DNA of 64,000 nucleotides from assembly GCA_030390025.1 (NCBI GenBank), contig CM059442.1, positions 41,788,001 through 41,852,000 on the forward strand, read 5' to 3'. The position numbers and the translations under genes were made by a program. Each line of letters opens with the position of its first letter. The stretch's first letter is position 1. The DNA is from Squalus acanthias. Taxonomy: Eukaryota. The notes below the pieces were generated by a model that was given only the letters and a program-made list of their open reading frames with translations, was not told the origin of the DNA and searched no databases. Shown piece by piece: positions 11,068 through 24,732 of this stretch.

Positions 11068-14000
11068 TATTATTGGCTAAAATATAGATTTTTTTAAAGC
11101 CAGAGTATTTTTATAATTACCAGAGAGGATGATTTTCTGTGTGTTGTGTAACTAAATCATACAGCCACTTTTTTATAAAGTTAATTATTTCATTACACAT
11201 AGCCCAGAGGAAGTCTTCCTCTCCCCCCTAACCCCACCCCCAAATGTTACATCTTACTTTGATGCTGAAACTTTTTTTCACTACTCAGTGTTTATTCTTC
11301 GCCTTTATTAAGCTACACTACTATTTGAAAGGGAGATCTTAATGTGAGGATAAAACCCAGGAATTTATCATTTTGTGCCCTTATTTTCAAAACTGACTTT
11401 TTTTTCCCCCCTTGCTCCAAATTCAGCTCTTATGCCAATGTTTCAAAATATCTTGTTGCTCTACTTAAAATACGAATAGATTTGCATCTAAAATGATTTC
11501 ATGCTTTGAAGAAGTTAGATTAAGGGCACCACAGATTTGATGTAAATTGTAACATTTTATTGTTAAACTATAAAGCCAAGCTAAGGTGACCTATTCAGAT
11601 ACAACTTTTACTCTGGATCTAACTTGTGGCAAAACCAACCAATTTTCCCCTTTTCAGTTTCATCTTTTTAGAAGTGATGAATAAAGCAGAATCACATCCG
11701 GATAAGGCTGATCAGTCAAGGCTTCTCTACAGCAACCATGCAGTGAAAGCAGCAATGTGAATGAACAGAGTGCTGCGCAGCTGGGAATAGTCACTGCCCA
11801 ATCGCTGCAGCTATTCACAGCCAAATGATCAAAGCTGAAGACTAGGTCTTCTGCAGCTTAAGGATGAAAATAATCTAATTTAAAGCCGAAGCTAACTGAA
11901 CTCCCTTAATAAGATTAGTTTGATGGTGGATTTGCTTTTGCCATATTGGATGTGAACAAACAGAATGGAGACTGTGAGAACCCAAGCTGTTTCTGGTGAA
12001 GAACTTCTGACTGTACTGATGGAATTAAACCCAATCTGATTACCCCCGGTGCAAAGCTATCCCAAGTCAGAACAGTTAGAAATCAGCACTCTATTATATT
12101 ATGTCATTAGCAGAGATTTTACACTTCGGCAAAGATCCTGTGCACTGACATTTGAAACAAGATTTTGTTATATCTAGACGATATAGCAAATAAAAGTGTC
12201 ACTTGCTGTTCAAGTTATCCTAACAATTGACAAAAAGTTGCATATACGGAATTCAAAAGTGGACTGCATACTGCACCAGCTCTGCACTATAGCCACAAAT
12301 TTATTCACTTTAGTTACAAATTTTCAATTATGTAGAAACAGTGCTGCACAGTTAAGTAAATTTGCAGCACAGAGTAACAATTTGCATTCCTTGGGATCTG
12401 CTCAGAACTTGGCTGCAGAACAGGAACTTCACACCATCACACAAATGGCTAATGCAAATCATTTGTAGCTTCTGCAAAACAGACAGACTCAGTGCACACG
12501 TGGGGTGGTAATGTAAAACTGCTCAATATAAACTGAAATCAGAGAAGCGGTAAGTCTAAACATTCAACATAATCTTCCACAGGAATGTTGCAGAAATGAG
12601 CAGAACTTGCCAGTACATCACACCAATGGTCCTTGAATAAGTTTTACTCATTGCTAACTGAAAAGTTCTACAGTCCATGCAAACCTGACAGTTGATAGGA
12701 TGCAAGTGTAAAAAGCTTGTAAGGCAAACAGAAGAATGATCGCAGTGGGTTTTGTGTCTATTAGAAATTGAGGGTTAACTTATGTTAGTTAACAGGTGTT
12801 TGTAGCTGTTTTTATTGAATTCTTCTATTAATTTCACATACAGAATCCTATAGATTTAAAAATACTCCAGAAAAGGAAAGCAAAATTGTATGATGAGCTT
12901 TACCCCAGTAACTGCAAGGGTAAAAGAGGAATACAATAGTCTGTCACTTCACCTTTCATTTACCAACGTCTGTCCTGAATACTGGGATAATTGTGTCCAT
13001 TAGTCTTCCTGTGTTTATTTAGAGCACACAGCTCAAATATGCAGAGGATGATGTGGGAGTACTAGATATGAAATCCCACTACTTCAACTTTCACACACTG
13101 AGCTAGATGCTAAGCTAAAGTAAAATAAAATATCCTACCCTCCCAATACTTTTATTCTTTGCCTCTCACAAATGAGGTTTAATAAAATATCTGCTTTGAA
13201 TTGTTTCTTTCACTGCAAAAATAAAAAGAACTACATGATTCTGGTTTGAGATTAAAGATGCAAACAGCTGTTTTGAGCTAAAATAGATGACCTCACTGGT
13301 TCAATATTGATTACCAATCCACAAAACAAATAATTGGAATGGCTTTCATTAATTGATAAATAATGCATGCCAGAATTAGTTCAGGTTCACTGCTCAAAGC
13401 ATTCCTTTGAATTCTTCTGGCTTTGAGCATCAAATGTTTTAATGAAAAAGTTATTTTCTGTGAAAGGCCTTCCTCAGCAGCTTACACAAGTTTAATCTTT
13501 ACTTGAGTTGAAAATTTTTAGTTGAAAATATGAGAACTTTTGAAGTACAGGGTGCACTTGGGTATATTCAATCTCATTTTTAAACTTGACACAGCTAACG
13601 TTGCTTACACACTCACACTAACAGGGTTTAATGTGAACTATTTACAAATGATAACACTGGGCTCAAATGCCTTTTAGTTGCATAAGTGGACATCACTGTC
13701 TATTTTAAAACTTTTCCCAATTAAATCTCCAAATTTAAACATAGCCTTGTGATGCACTGCTATTTAAGGGCGCCGTCATATGTATCTCTAGGAGGCTCAT
13801 AAGAGTCAGTGTTTGAACTCTGGTATTTAACTGGGAAAAAACAATACTATCAACAAATTTTCCCATCTGAGTCCTTGCCCCTTCCACACACCTAATTACT
13901 CCATAAAATAGTGATTGACCCTCCTGTCCCAGGAATGAAAAACTTTCAGGGAATGTTGCTGGAACGTTATCCCAACCTTCCTTGCACTCAAATTGGTTTA

Positions 14001-14639
14001 CCTCCCAGTCAAAGGACTTAAAGCATTTAAAGAGCTTCATTATAACACTAGTTTAGGTGTTTATAAGAATTGAATTAAATCAAGTTGACAAAACATGTTA
14101 TTAGAATAGACTGGGCTAAGCCCTGACAAATAGGCCTTGAAGATTTCTACCAAAGTGTATCTCACTGTATTTAATTAACTTTTTTTTAGGCTAAGATGTG
14201 TGTTATATTTACCAAGCAGTAGCTGGCAGCCTTTTGGCAGGGTACTACTTCTACTGCTCTACTAAAACCAATAAAAAAGACACAAGGCAATTGCCATAAT
14301 AGTTTCAGTGTTCAACTCTGAAATGGCACAAAGATGGCTCTAATCAGGAGAATAACCACAGCATATATGATTTTCTTTCTGCTTTATGTATGGGAGTTAT
14401 TGTGCATGAATATTGAGGAAAATGCAAGGGGTCACCCTCAAGTTATCATTCAATTTAAAAATAGATCTCTGACAAACATCTGTCACAACAGAAAACTGCA
14501 TCCTATAGAAACAGTTCACAGCAGCAGCAAAACTGAAGAGTAGCCAATCTTTGACTAAGGTAATACACAAGGAACTTTACAGCAAGATACCCTTTTACGG
14601 AAACAAGAACAGTTTGACAAAGGATTCCACCCAACACGT

Positions 14640-14720
14640 CAACTCCTCTGTTCTCTACAGATGCTACCTGACCTAGTGAGTATTTTCTGTTTCAGATTTC
14701 CAACATCTGCAGTTTTTTTC
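14640..14720 (+). mobile_element. Decayed Penelope-like pLTR 3' fragment
   Basis: cagatgctacctgacctagtgagtattttctgtttcagatttccaacatctgcag matches the pLTR end at 45233-45330. Confidence 0.7.
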
Positions 14721-15011
14721 CCTGTTTTACTGAATTGTATAGTGTATCGAGGACATGTGTATAATACAAAATGCAATCCAAGTATATGAATGTATTTCAC
14801 GATGCCAGTCGGGGGCTTTAAGTCAGCCACTATCTGTACAGTTTTAGAACAGATATTGGTTAAATATTAAGACAACAGAAGAAATGGCAGAGAACAAGCA
14901 CATGCATAAAGGCTTAGTGAAAATAGGTCTCTGTTAAAAGGCTTTAAACTGGCACACTCTTGAACCTGTCTTTTGCTCGCCTGTGGAAAGTAGATTTGTA
15001 AAAATACTTAC

Positions 15012-15108
15012 AGGAATGTGAGGTAGTGGCACTCGTCCATTCGCTTTGGCACTTTCATGCATCTCCCGCCGATGTTGCTTTCGGATTCTGTATGGTGGAA
15101 TCCCATCT
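15012..15108 (-). CDS. AXIN1: AXIN1 exon 4 (97 nt)
   Basis: Acceptor ttttcgggcag, donor gtaagt. Completes the Val codon GT|A and encodes [32 protein letters not shown]. Confidence 0.96.
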
Positions 15109-18100
15109 CTGCCCGAAAAAAGGGGAGATATTTTCATTAAACCATAGCAGAGTACAGTATTACCAGGCTTTTCTTCTATTAATTTCAGTAGATTCAAATT
15201 ACTGGACAGAGACTAGGGAGACATGGTTTGGAGCAAAAGCAATACTCATTTATACCATTTTGTAAACATCTGAGCAAAGTAGTATTTTGCCCAAACTTAT
15301 GGTAGAAATAGAAAGGGATATACACTATCAAGACAAATGTGGTGAACCTATAGGAGAAAATTTACAGTCGGATGTTTAATTAATCCACATATTATTGTAC
15401 TTTTCTAATATTCAACTGAAAGCAAGGCAGCAAGAAAAGGAAAGTCAAAACGTGGTCTCTACAACCAATGGTTACACTTTCCACGAGTAATCACTGGATC
15501 TCTCTTTCCAGTGCACAAAGGTGCCAACTGCAGCAGAAACAATGACACACTTGTAGAAATAGTATGAAGATGTCACAACCATATCTAATTTTTTTCCAAG
15601 CTCTGCTGTGAACTCTCATCTGCGTAGTGGTCTGAGAACTTGTACTGTAAAAGCGCGTTCGTTCATATCATCGCACTGCAGCCAGAAGCAGCTGCCCAAA
15701 AACAAATTTAAAACAGCTTAAAATATACTACCCTTAAAAATATTGATTATATGAATAAACATCCCAGTTAATAGATGTCTGAAGCACCCATAAGTTAGAT
15801 GGCTGGCATTGTTCAGTGCTTATTTTCTGTAAATCACCAATCCTAACCATTTTCCCTACATGAAAATGCCAAATATTGCAAAAAGAACACAGGTGGTTGG
15901 AGTTAAAATAAGAAATTGCACCATTTACTGTTTTTTCCTTCAATCTAATATACTTAAATGCATACTTGTTGGCATTACTTATCTGACAACAGTGGCTACT
16001 TCATTCCATTAGTTTTACTACCCAAGTAAATTTTATGGTGCACTCATGTTCTCTTTCTTTGCCATTTCAGAAGGTAGCCACTTTATCTATGCCAAGGGAG
16101 GTTCACGTCAAATTTGGCCTTTGTTAATGTGCACAGCCTAGCTACATAGACAAAATGCAAAGTTATTTTTATATTAAGCAAGACAGATGCAAGCAGGGTA
16201 AACCTGTTTTTTTAAACCCTACACGGGACTACAGAAATGACCAACTTTGACACGGAGCACAAAATGAGAAAGTCAGTAAGCAATCTGTGGCATTTTGGCA
16301 ATAGTCATCTTGTAGACATTGAGTCACAAATACGCCACAATCCCAGATGTATCTTACAGAATTTCTGTTCTTTGAAATGCTTCATGTGCACAGTACACTG
16401 AAACAGCAATGAAACAAGCCTCAAACACTGGATCAAGCTAAAACATTGCGTTTTTAGGTCACTGGCAACTTAGCTCGCATTGCAAAAAAAAACTATTAAT
16501 CAAAGCCCATTAAAAAAGGAAACTAGACTTGAGGGTCACCTTGATAATTCTTTAATACTCCCTCAGGATTTGTGCTGTTGGAAGGAGCATCTCAGTCTAA
16601 TTATACAGGTATCTTGAGTTTAGTGAGAAGATAGGTCTGTGGTGGCAGAATGATGATCCACATTACCCAGTATGTATGGGTGTATGGAGTGCCGGTTCCC
16701 AGGTAGGGTGCTGGGAAGTGGCTTTTTTACACTTCACTAACCCCATCCCAAAGGGGAGAACATGCCTTTGTTTACCACATCATGGCAAATGACTGATAAT
16801 GGCCTCTAATCTATCCAGTTTCAAACACATGTTCTGTCCTGCTGTGCCGGCTTTGATGTTCCCTTGGCTCGATTCCCTAGTGCCACCTCTGAACTTGAAA
16901 GGTTTGACTATTTTAACATTATTTGCCAACTCATCCATTAGCAGCAGGTTCAAACAAAGCCACATTCTGATTCATAAATGTTATCTTGCCCCTCCTCTTC
17001 AATAATGAAGAACAGCACAATGGATGCTAACATTTTGGGCTTAAAGACTCCAGGGTTGCACCTATGACTAAAGAAATGAGTGTCATATATGTAGACATTT
17101 AAAAAAAATGTACACAATTATAAATGTTTATGTAGTAGCAAAGTAATGGAGGTTTAAAATTGCAAGATTTGTAGCCATCTTTTAAAAGACAACTACTCAG
17201 TTCTGTTGAGCGACAGGCACCTGTATTTGTTTTCTATTCAATTTTTATTTGCTCCAGCCAAACAAATATCAGTTGACCAATTAAAAACAGAGAAAATGCA
17301 TACAGGATAAATATACATCAAGTTACAAATATATTTTGAAAAGCTTGGGAAATGTGTACTTTATACAATAAATACAGCAGGTTTCAAGAATTAATCCTGT
17401 CAATTCCTTTTGAAATAGGAAATCAAATTAATATTCTGAAAACAGAACAGTTAACTGAATTAAATGATTTCCTTTACAGAATACAAGCTTTACAAAATGG
17501 CTGAAATTAATGGTGTCACTGTGTTTCATTATAGTCTTGCTTGCACTACACATTTTACCAGAAGGCAGCCATTATAGATTTAGCTTGTAGTTTAAACCCT
17601 AAAATAGGAAAGTGTACCAACATAAAAATGCATCCTTAGTGATTGGTTTCATACCAGATTGACTAAATTATCAATAAAATGTAATTGCAACAGTGGAGTA
17701 CACCTTAATTCACTTTTTATTTCAATTGCTCCTCAGGCACGGTATAGCAAGATGGTGATGCCACATCACTGTACTGTCCTTCCACCATCTGCATTTGTCT
17801 TGGCCATTGTTCTGGCACTGGTTAAAGAAAGCTGAAGTTAAGTATCAATAAAAGCCAAGATTCTCAAGTCAAGTTAACTGATCTCAGCAGGAGAGGCACT
17901 CAAGGTGCTACAAATAGCTAGGGTTTTCATTCCTGATCGTTGTCCAGTGACCGCTGCTTGAAGTCATGTGTGCCTTAAGTTTTGATTAGCATGTTTATTT
18001 CTGAAGAGAGCGGATTCGTTAATGTTTGAAAATCATTCTATAAGCCCCATTAGGACTAGTCACCAGAGTCACTGAACACGGCATCGATAGTGGGATATTT

Positions 18101-18794
18101 TGGCATGCTGGGAGATTAGTCTAAAGCCACCAGGAGGAGCTGCTGGAAAGGCTGAGAGAAGGATAATAAAAGTAGCGGGTGTGTGACATTTGTGTATAAG
18201 GCAAGCAGAACCAAGGGGTCACATTTAGTCAGCAAGAGTTAGAAGGCTTGTGGAAGGAAAAATCTCAGGGAAGTCACTGGGTATTAAAAAATTCAAATGA
18301 GAGGTTAACACAAAGCCAAGGTTCCCAAGGAAGGGTAGACTTTTAGGGGATAAAATTTGAGAGGCATTTTTAAAATACTGTGGGTAGGCGCAGCAATTAG
18401 TTTGTAAATTGTTAAATTTCCTTATTAGGTGTTAATGGTGGCATGGGTAAGAAAATTACATGGTTGACGACAAGATTTGGAAATAACAGATGTGCTCAGA
18501 GATAGTGATTCAGAAAAATCAACAGATTTTTCATGCTACGATATATTTAAAGTCAGACATCTCTACATGACAGACTTTTAATTAGATAGATCTAGTTGTT
18601 AATTATTGACTGATCCTAGTTTATCACTATCTTTTGCATTCCCAATTCCAGCAAATCCCTGCCTCATTCTAGATCATTTTTCCATCAATAATTGTCATAT
18701 ACTAACATTCTTTATACTATTGCAAGATTCTAAGAGAACATGTATCTGAACTGTTAAATATCATGTCCGTAATCATAAACTGCAAAATGCTGCA

Positions 18795-19092
18795 TTGCCA
18801 CAGGTGTCATCTTTTGGATGAAATGTTACACACAAAACACCCAATGGCATTATTTGAAGAGCAGGGTGTTCTCCCAGTGTTCCAGCCAACATCCTCCTTT
18901 AAGTAAAGCCACCAAAGACAAGTAAATTATCTCATTTGCTGTTTGTGGAACCTTGCTGTGCACACATTGGCTGCCACGTTTGCCCACATAACAGTGACTG
19001 CACTGCAAAAATAAGTCATTGGGTACAAGATATTTTCTGACACTCTAAGGATGTAACAAGATGCTATATAAATGCACGTTTGTTGTTCTTTC
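18795..19092 (+). mobile_element. Deu-domain SINE (SacSINE1/AmnSINE1-like), 5'-truncated
   Basis: Deu-like core gaagagcagggtgttctcccagtgttccagccaac...ttgctgtttgtggaaccttgctgtgcacacattggctgcc, then an L2-like tail gctatataaatgca. Family assignment is from recalled consensus. Confidence 0.7.
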
Positions 19093-19150
19093 ATTCAAAC
19101 TGTTATAGCCATTCCTGCAACGCTGAGGAGATACACTGAAGGATCTCACC

Positions 19151-20129
19151 AGAGTGCGCACACTTTTGCTGAAATGATCATACCAATGGGTTCGCTCTAG
19201 TCTAATGCCCTGGCATTGAAATCACTCATGTCACTCAATGCCTTCCTTGCCAGCCAGCCAGAAACTTTAATCTACTTTTCTCTCATAGATGCTGACCGAC
19301 TGGCTGTGCATTTCCAGCATTTTCTGCTTTTATTTCAGATATCAAGCATATCTTTTCCTTTTCCCTCAGTTATAGAATAGTACAGCACAGAAGGAGGTCA
19401 TTCTGCCCATTGAGTCTGCACCGGCTCTTTTGAAGAGCAAAGTTGGAGACGACAAAATGGCATTGGCAGAAGGAAAAAAAAGGGAAGGTTACCATTCAGG
19501 GAATTTGATATGGAGGGAACAGAAGTCATATGACCACAACTCCTGCTGTGGTTGTCTTTATCCAGTTTGCATGATTTTTCAGCCCCACCCCCCAATTGAA
19601 TGCATTTCAAAATTTGCAAGCTTTTATGTAACTGTTCAATATTTTAAAAACACTTTCTTGTTCAAGGTTAATATGACCACAGGAAATTCTTTGTAAACAA
19701 AGGTTTTCCTATAAATAACTGGGAATGTGCTGATTTCACTACATTTCAGATTTGTATAGTTGTTTTCATTAGAGAATAGAGACCATAAGATGGGATAAGT
19801 GCTGACAAATGGGGACATGTGAAATGGTTAGAATTGAGATTCATATCTCCTGTTCTTCTAAATTAACAATCAAAAGATTTTCCCCCCCAAAACTGGTTAT
19901 GTAGATTTCTTTGGATAATATAATCCAAGTTTAAGAACCCTACGGTTACGACAGCTTTAAACACAAGCTGCATATCAATTCTTAATTTCCTGCAATAGTA
20001 ACGGTTTCTGATTCCAAAGACTAGAGTGCGCACACTTTTGCTGAAATCATACCAATGGGTTCGCTCTAGTCTAATGCCCTGGCATTGAAATCACTTTCAT
20101 GTCACTCAATGCCTTCCTTGCCAGCCAGC
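19151..20129 (+). repeat. Dispersed direct duplication of ~107 bp (19151-19258 and 20023-20129)
   Basis: Copies are identical except for a 3-nt and a 2-nt indel. Confidence 0.95.
19261..19340 (+). mobile_element. Decayed Penelope-like pLTR fragment
   Basis: gaaactttaa...agatgctgaccgactggctgtgcatttccagcattttctgcttttatttcagat. Confidence 0.7.
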
Positions 20130-20655
20130 AACTCTCCCAGGAAACCCACGAACCACAGATAAGCTTCTTCAAAGTGTTTTACAGTTCACTGAATGAGCAC
20201 AACGAAGGAACATCAAACTTCCTTTTTTTGGGTGTAAACCTCTACCCAGAATGCTAAGAGCCATGTGTAATGAATCTCTTTCCATCTCTTGCTTTTATCT
20301 GCTCATTACATAGGCCCCGTTCCCCTTAATCTCCATATAAAAAAGAACCAAAGCTCCCCGCAGATCCAGACATGCTGTGCCCGGTCTGTGAAGAATCCAA
20401 ATCTAATTTTATGCTGGATTCTGCTTGTAATATTAACCCTAGCGTGTTAACAGAAACAAAGATTCTACCTCAAAATATGTCAAAAAGAGCCAAATAATAT
20501 TAATTCAAAAAGGTGGTTTCAAAATAAAAATACAAAATTATTTTCATACAATCTACAATGCTTAGTTGTTTTAATAAGTAATTCCAGATATTTTTTTTTA
20601 TAGTATTAGCAGATTTCCTGTGGCATTGCCAATAAATCAGATTTACTTTTATAAT

Positions 20656-21630
20656 GGCCTGGATTTTGCTTTAAGAATAATGGTGAGGCTATCCGCACAT
20701 GCGCGGTAAAACACGGAAATCAGGAAGTTGCTGTTCGATATGCACTGCTCCTCCACAAGCTTCGCTCTCAACAGTAACTTGTCGAGAGACTCAGCATTAA
20801 AATACATGCAACTCCATGAATTTGCAACATTTACCCACTAAACACGCCAGAAAAAGTTAGGGCTTATACATTCAAAAGTGCTTTTTTAATGGCGTGGTAA
20901 GTCTTAATTACTGCCAAACAACCTCTCTGGCACTGAAGATTAACTTTTACAAGTGTGGAGTCCCATTCCTTCAGATTTTAATTACTGTTGGAGATGTAAA
21001 AAAAAATTAAAATAATTTGTTTTCTCTTTTTCTCTCATCTCTCAATCCCATCTTTCTTTCCACCTCTTTCACTTTCTGTACATGATTTTACATTGAATTA
21101 AATATTCTAACTTACACTTCCTGGTTTAGACTGCACGCCTCTAAGAATTTTTCAATCTTCAAGAAATCCAATAAGGAATTCAGAAGAAACTTGTTTACCC
21201 AAAGAGTGGTGAGAATGTGGAACTCACTACCACAGGGAGTAGTTGAAGGGAATAGTACAGATGCATTTAAGGGGAGGCTAGATAAGCATATAAGGGAGAA
21301 GGGAATACAGGGTTATGCTGACAGAGTTAGATGAGGAAATATGGGAGGAGGCTCGAGTGGAGCATAAACGCCAGCTTAGACTAGTTAGGCCGAATGGCCT
21401 GTTTCTGTGCTGTATATCTTATGTAATCTTATGTAATCTGGTTGGTTGAAGAGACACGCTGTTGCTTGCCCTATTCACAGGTCCCAGATCCCCTGTAAAG
21501 GGTGCCGCACTATCTCAGATGCCCAGTGGCAGTAAGTTGCCACTCAAAAGCCCACAAAAAGTCTGAGCATCTGTAAGCATAATGAACGGCGAGCACCGCT
21601 CCTTCACCGCTGACTGCAAAATCCGTGTCA
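20656..21630. mobile_element. Non-autonomous TIR element interrupted by a CR1 3' end; related copy at ~59275-59930
   Basis: Ends GGCCTGGATTTTGC / GCAAAATCCGTGTC. Internal blocks (ctctctggcactga, gtggagtc, caggtcccagat) are shared with 59275-59930. Confidence 0.6.
21160..21437 (+). mobile_element. CR1 3' end (same family as 28931-31742)
   Basis: aagaaatccaataaggaattcagaag...ggcctgtttctgtgctgtatatcttatgtaatcttatgtaa. Confidence 0.9.
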
Positions 21631-22564
21631 TTATACTATTAAATGCACAATGCATTATTCTGCTACTAAGGTGTAGCTGTGTATAAGCTCACCTGTGTCT
21701 TTAAAGCTAGAAACATTATTAAGTAACCACAGCCTGAGATTATGCAAAGTTTAACTGTTGCTTGGTCAGAGAACTATGCAAATTTGAATGCAGTCTCAGG
21801 TCATTGAGTATAATGGTTATTTGCTTGTGCTAGTGAGTTTCATGCTCCACATGCACGCACACAGCACTTTAAGATTGTTTTGTATTTTTAGTGTGATGTT
21901 TGTGCACACTGATGTACAGTCCATAGCATTGTTTGTGGTAAGTCAGTGGCTAAGTTGTTTTATGGCACTAGAAATGTTCCAGCTTTACCTAATGCAGTTG
22001 AAATGTTGTGGGTTTGCTGGTGGAAAGCAAGTTTTGCGTTTTCAGGGTATTACTTTTTTTGTATGGTACGTTGATGTTTGCATCATTTCTGTCTTCATCT
22101 TTGAGAGTTTTGACATTGTTGTATGTAGGTTTGTGTGCGCTGTAACCGGTATATTTGGACATTAAGATGTTGATTTATTTATGTTTCAAATTTCTATGCC
22201 TTGTCTGTTAAAATGAAGAGGATGGAGGAAGATTTCTTAAAAGGGTTTCCTCAGCTGAGAGTTCTTTGAACAATTGCACATTCCTCACCTTGCCCCCCAC
22301 CCCACAGCTGTCTCTTGCACCTTAATCCAACCGTGAGCCTCGAATCCCAAGGATTTCCTCCCCCACTCCCCAGAGTGGCAAAAGTTGTGTTCCTCGTCAC
22401 TAGCTTCCAAATTCAGCACAATCAACATGGCTTGGAACACAGCTTTTGCCTATCGGGGTGGGTGGGTGGGGGCTCATACCTTGAGGCTACAAAATCTGCA
22501 AGACCAAACGTGTAACTTAGTCTGGACACAAAATTGTACGCCCAAATGAGAACTTTGTTTAAAA

Positions 22565-22670
22565 AAAAAGTGCAGATGCTGGAAATCTGAAATAAAAACA
22601 TTATACTGGAAATGCAAGAGTCAATCTTTTTTAGATGCTATGTATTTTCAACATTTTCTGTTTTTGTTGG
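22565..22670. mobile_element. Decayed Penelope-like pLTR fragments, apparently inverted
   Basis: tgcagatgctggaaatctgaaataaaaaca (minus) followed by tagatgcta...cattttctgtttttg (plus). Confidence 0.55.
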
Positions 22671-24599
22671 AAAACTTTATACTGTATCCTGGATCTCCAG
22701 TAACCCTTGAAATAGTCCTTCAAAGTGTAGATGTTCAAGACCCTCAATCTAGAATGGGACCCAATTTCTTAACTTGGAGATAATGAAACAGGAAAAAATC
22801 CTTAATATTTCTGACTTCAAAAAGGAGAAACCCCTCGATTCTGTGACTATGGTGAAGAAATTTATTATTTCGAATCCTGGAAAAACTTATAAAGTATAGG
22901 GAGTAACCTTCCCTAACAATCTCTCTCAACTGGCCATCTGACATGTTGTAACATTCAGTTACTGCTAGACATCAAAGTATCAGCCAAAGGCACTTTTAGG
23001 ATTCACAGCAAGTCTATTCAGAGAAATACTTATGGGAGCAGGTGGAGGTGATGCTGAGAAATTAAGAAACACCAGCATAGCCTCAAAATAACCTCGAGTA
23101 TGAAGCCTTTGGTGGCTGGACCCAAATTGCATATGATCAGGCCCTCGCCATTTGAGAAAATCAGCTTCAACCCAGATTCAATTAGACTAGATAGAGAACT
23201 TCCAGTTCTAGAAAATTACAGGTTTGCCAAAACATCAAAATCTTAACAACTTGCACCAATCGACTCACTGGATAACCCAACACACCATCGGTGCCAATAT
23301 TAGCAGCCTAAAGGGAGTAATCGATGTTGATGGGGTTGACAGTTTGTTGTTACTCTGGCTTATGACTAGGGTGGCCAACTCTGGTTGGCATATTCCTGGA
23401 TGTTTGATCACGAGCCGCTTGCCTGCAGTTTACAAATGTTATTGCATTTACCTTATAAAGGTTGGGTCCCCTGTAGTTGAGTGTCTTTGCTCCCCGTGAG
23501 CCTATAAAAAATATTTTTACTCACTGGCAGGGGAGGACTGGGTACCACCGGGAAATAGGGAAATTTCCCGAGTGCCCCTATGAATGACTCCCTACCACCC
23601 CCAACAGCTTAGCACTGATGGAACCTTTAGCGGTACAAGTGGATTTTCGAAGTTCTGGTACTGAGGGAAGTGGGTAAATTCCACTTCTGGTTCAATATCA
23701 ATAGGCACCAGTACAGTGGCTTGACCAAGTCGCAGAGGAACTCCAATGCACCACCCCTTACCCCTTTGAAAATGTTACTTGATTAATCCGGTCTTTTTTT
23801 TAAAAAAAGGTCGGGAATGAGCCTCAACTGCATTCGAGTCTCTGTCTGCCTAGATTTGAGCCTGCAACTGAAGCTTTTTGCAAGTGATTCTGTTCTGAAG
23901 GATTTTCATTCAAAGATGATGCACAAAACAGGCTTTCAGCCGAGCTTGAAACACAGGTTGTGTATACCATTGAAAACTCAAGCTACATTGATAGGGAGCG
24001 AGTGTTGGTCACATAGAGGGATTCAAGATAAGATTTGCAGATCTTAAAGCAGGTGCGGGCAATGAAGTGACACTGGTATTAACTGACCAATTTAGAATGC
24101 AGAAACAAAGCACATGCCCACTGGAACTCCATACCAATGCCCATGAAGCTGAACTCAACTAATTTTAAACAATTTAAACTTCAATAAAAAGTTATCCAAT
24201 AGATGTTAACAAAGGGGCATGAGAATCATGTGGAAAAAATGCAACACAAAATGATTTATATCTTGTTTTGTACACAAACAATTAACTGCTGATAAGAGAA
24301 AAGGAAGGTAACTTTCTAAGAGACTGTGGCCTCTACACAGTGGGGAACAACATCACCAAATACTGTCCAGTGGCAGTCAATATTTATGCAGCAAACAGTA
24401 AATATGGCAAGTATTTACAGTTGTAAGCTATAGTGATAATTTTCCTACAGCAACAGTCCCCTTAACATACCATTTCCAAAGTAACTGGTTTACTGTTTTC
24501 ATGGAAAAGTTAACAAAATCCTAAAATACTGATAAAATTCCCAGAATCTCAGGTAATAGAATTCAACTCATTTATTCATTTTAAACCAGTGGCCCTAAC

Positions 24600-24732
24600 C
24601 AATGTTCCCGTTAAGCTGCAAGGCCACGCACCGGCTTTTCTCTACAAGAAACCGCGTATGCGTGAAAATTTCAATGGGCCGCGCAGCCCATTAAAGGGAC
24701 CGCGCACCCAAAAAAAATTGGAGGGAACATTG
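24600..24732. mobile_element. hAT-like MITE (copy 1)
   Basis: TIR CAATGTTCCC / GGGAACATTG. Imperfect 8-bp TSD GCCCTAAC/GGCCTGAC. Homologous, in reverse orientation, to 34397-34560. Confidence 0.75.

Noticed and set aside
20018-20129. Two-hairpin unit as an intronic H/ACA snoRNA
   Set aside because: No ANANNA hinge box or terminal ACA in the right position on either strand.
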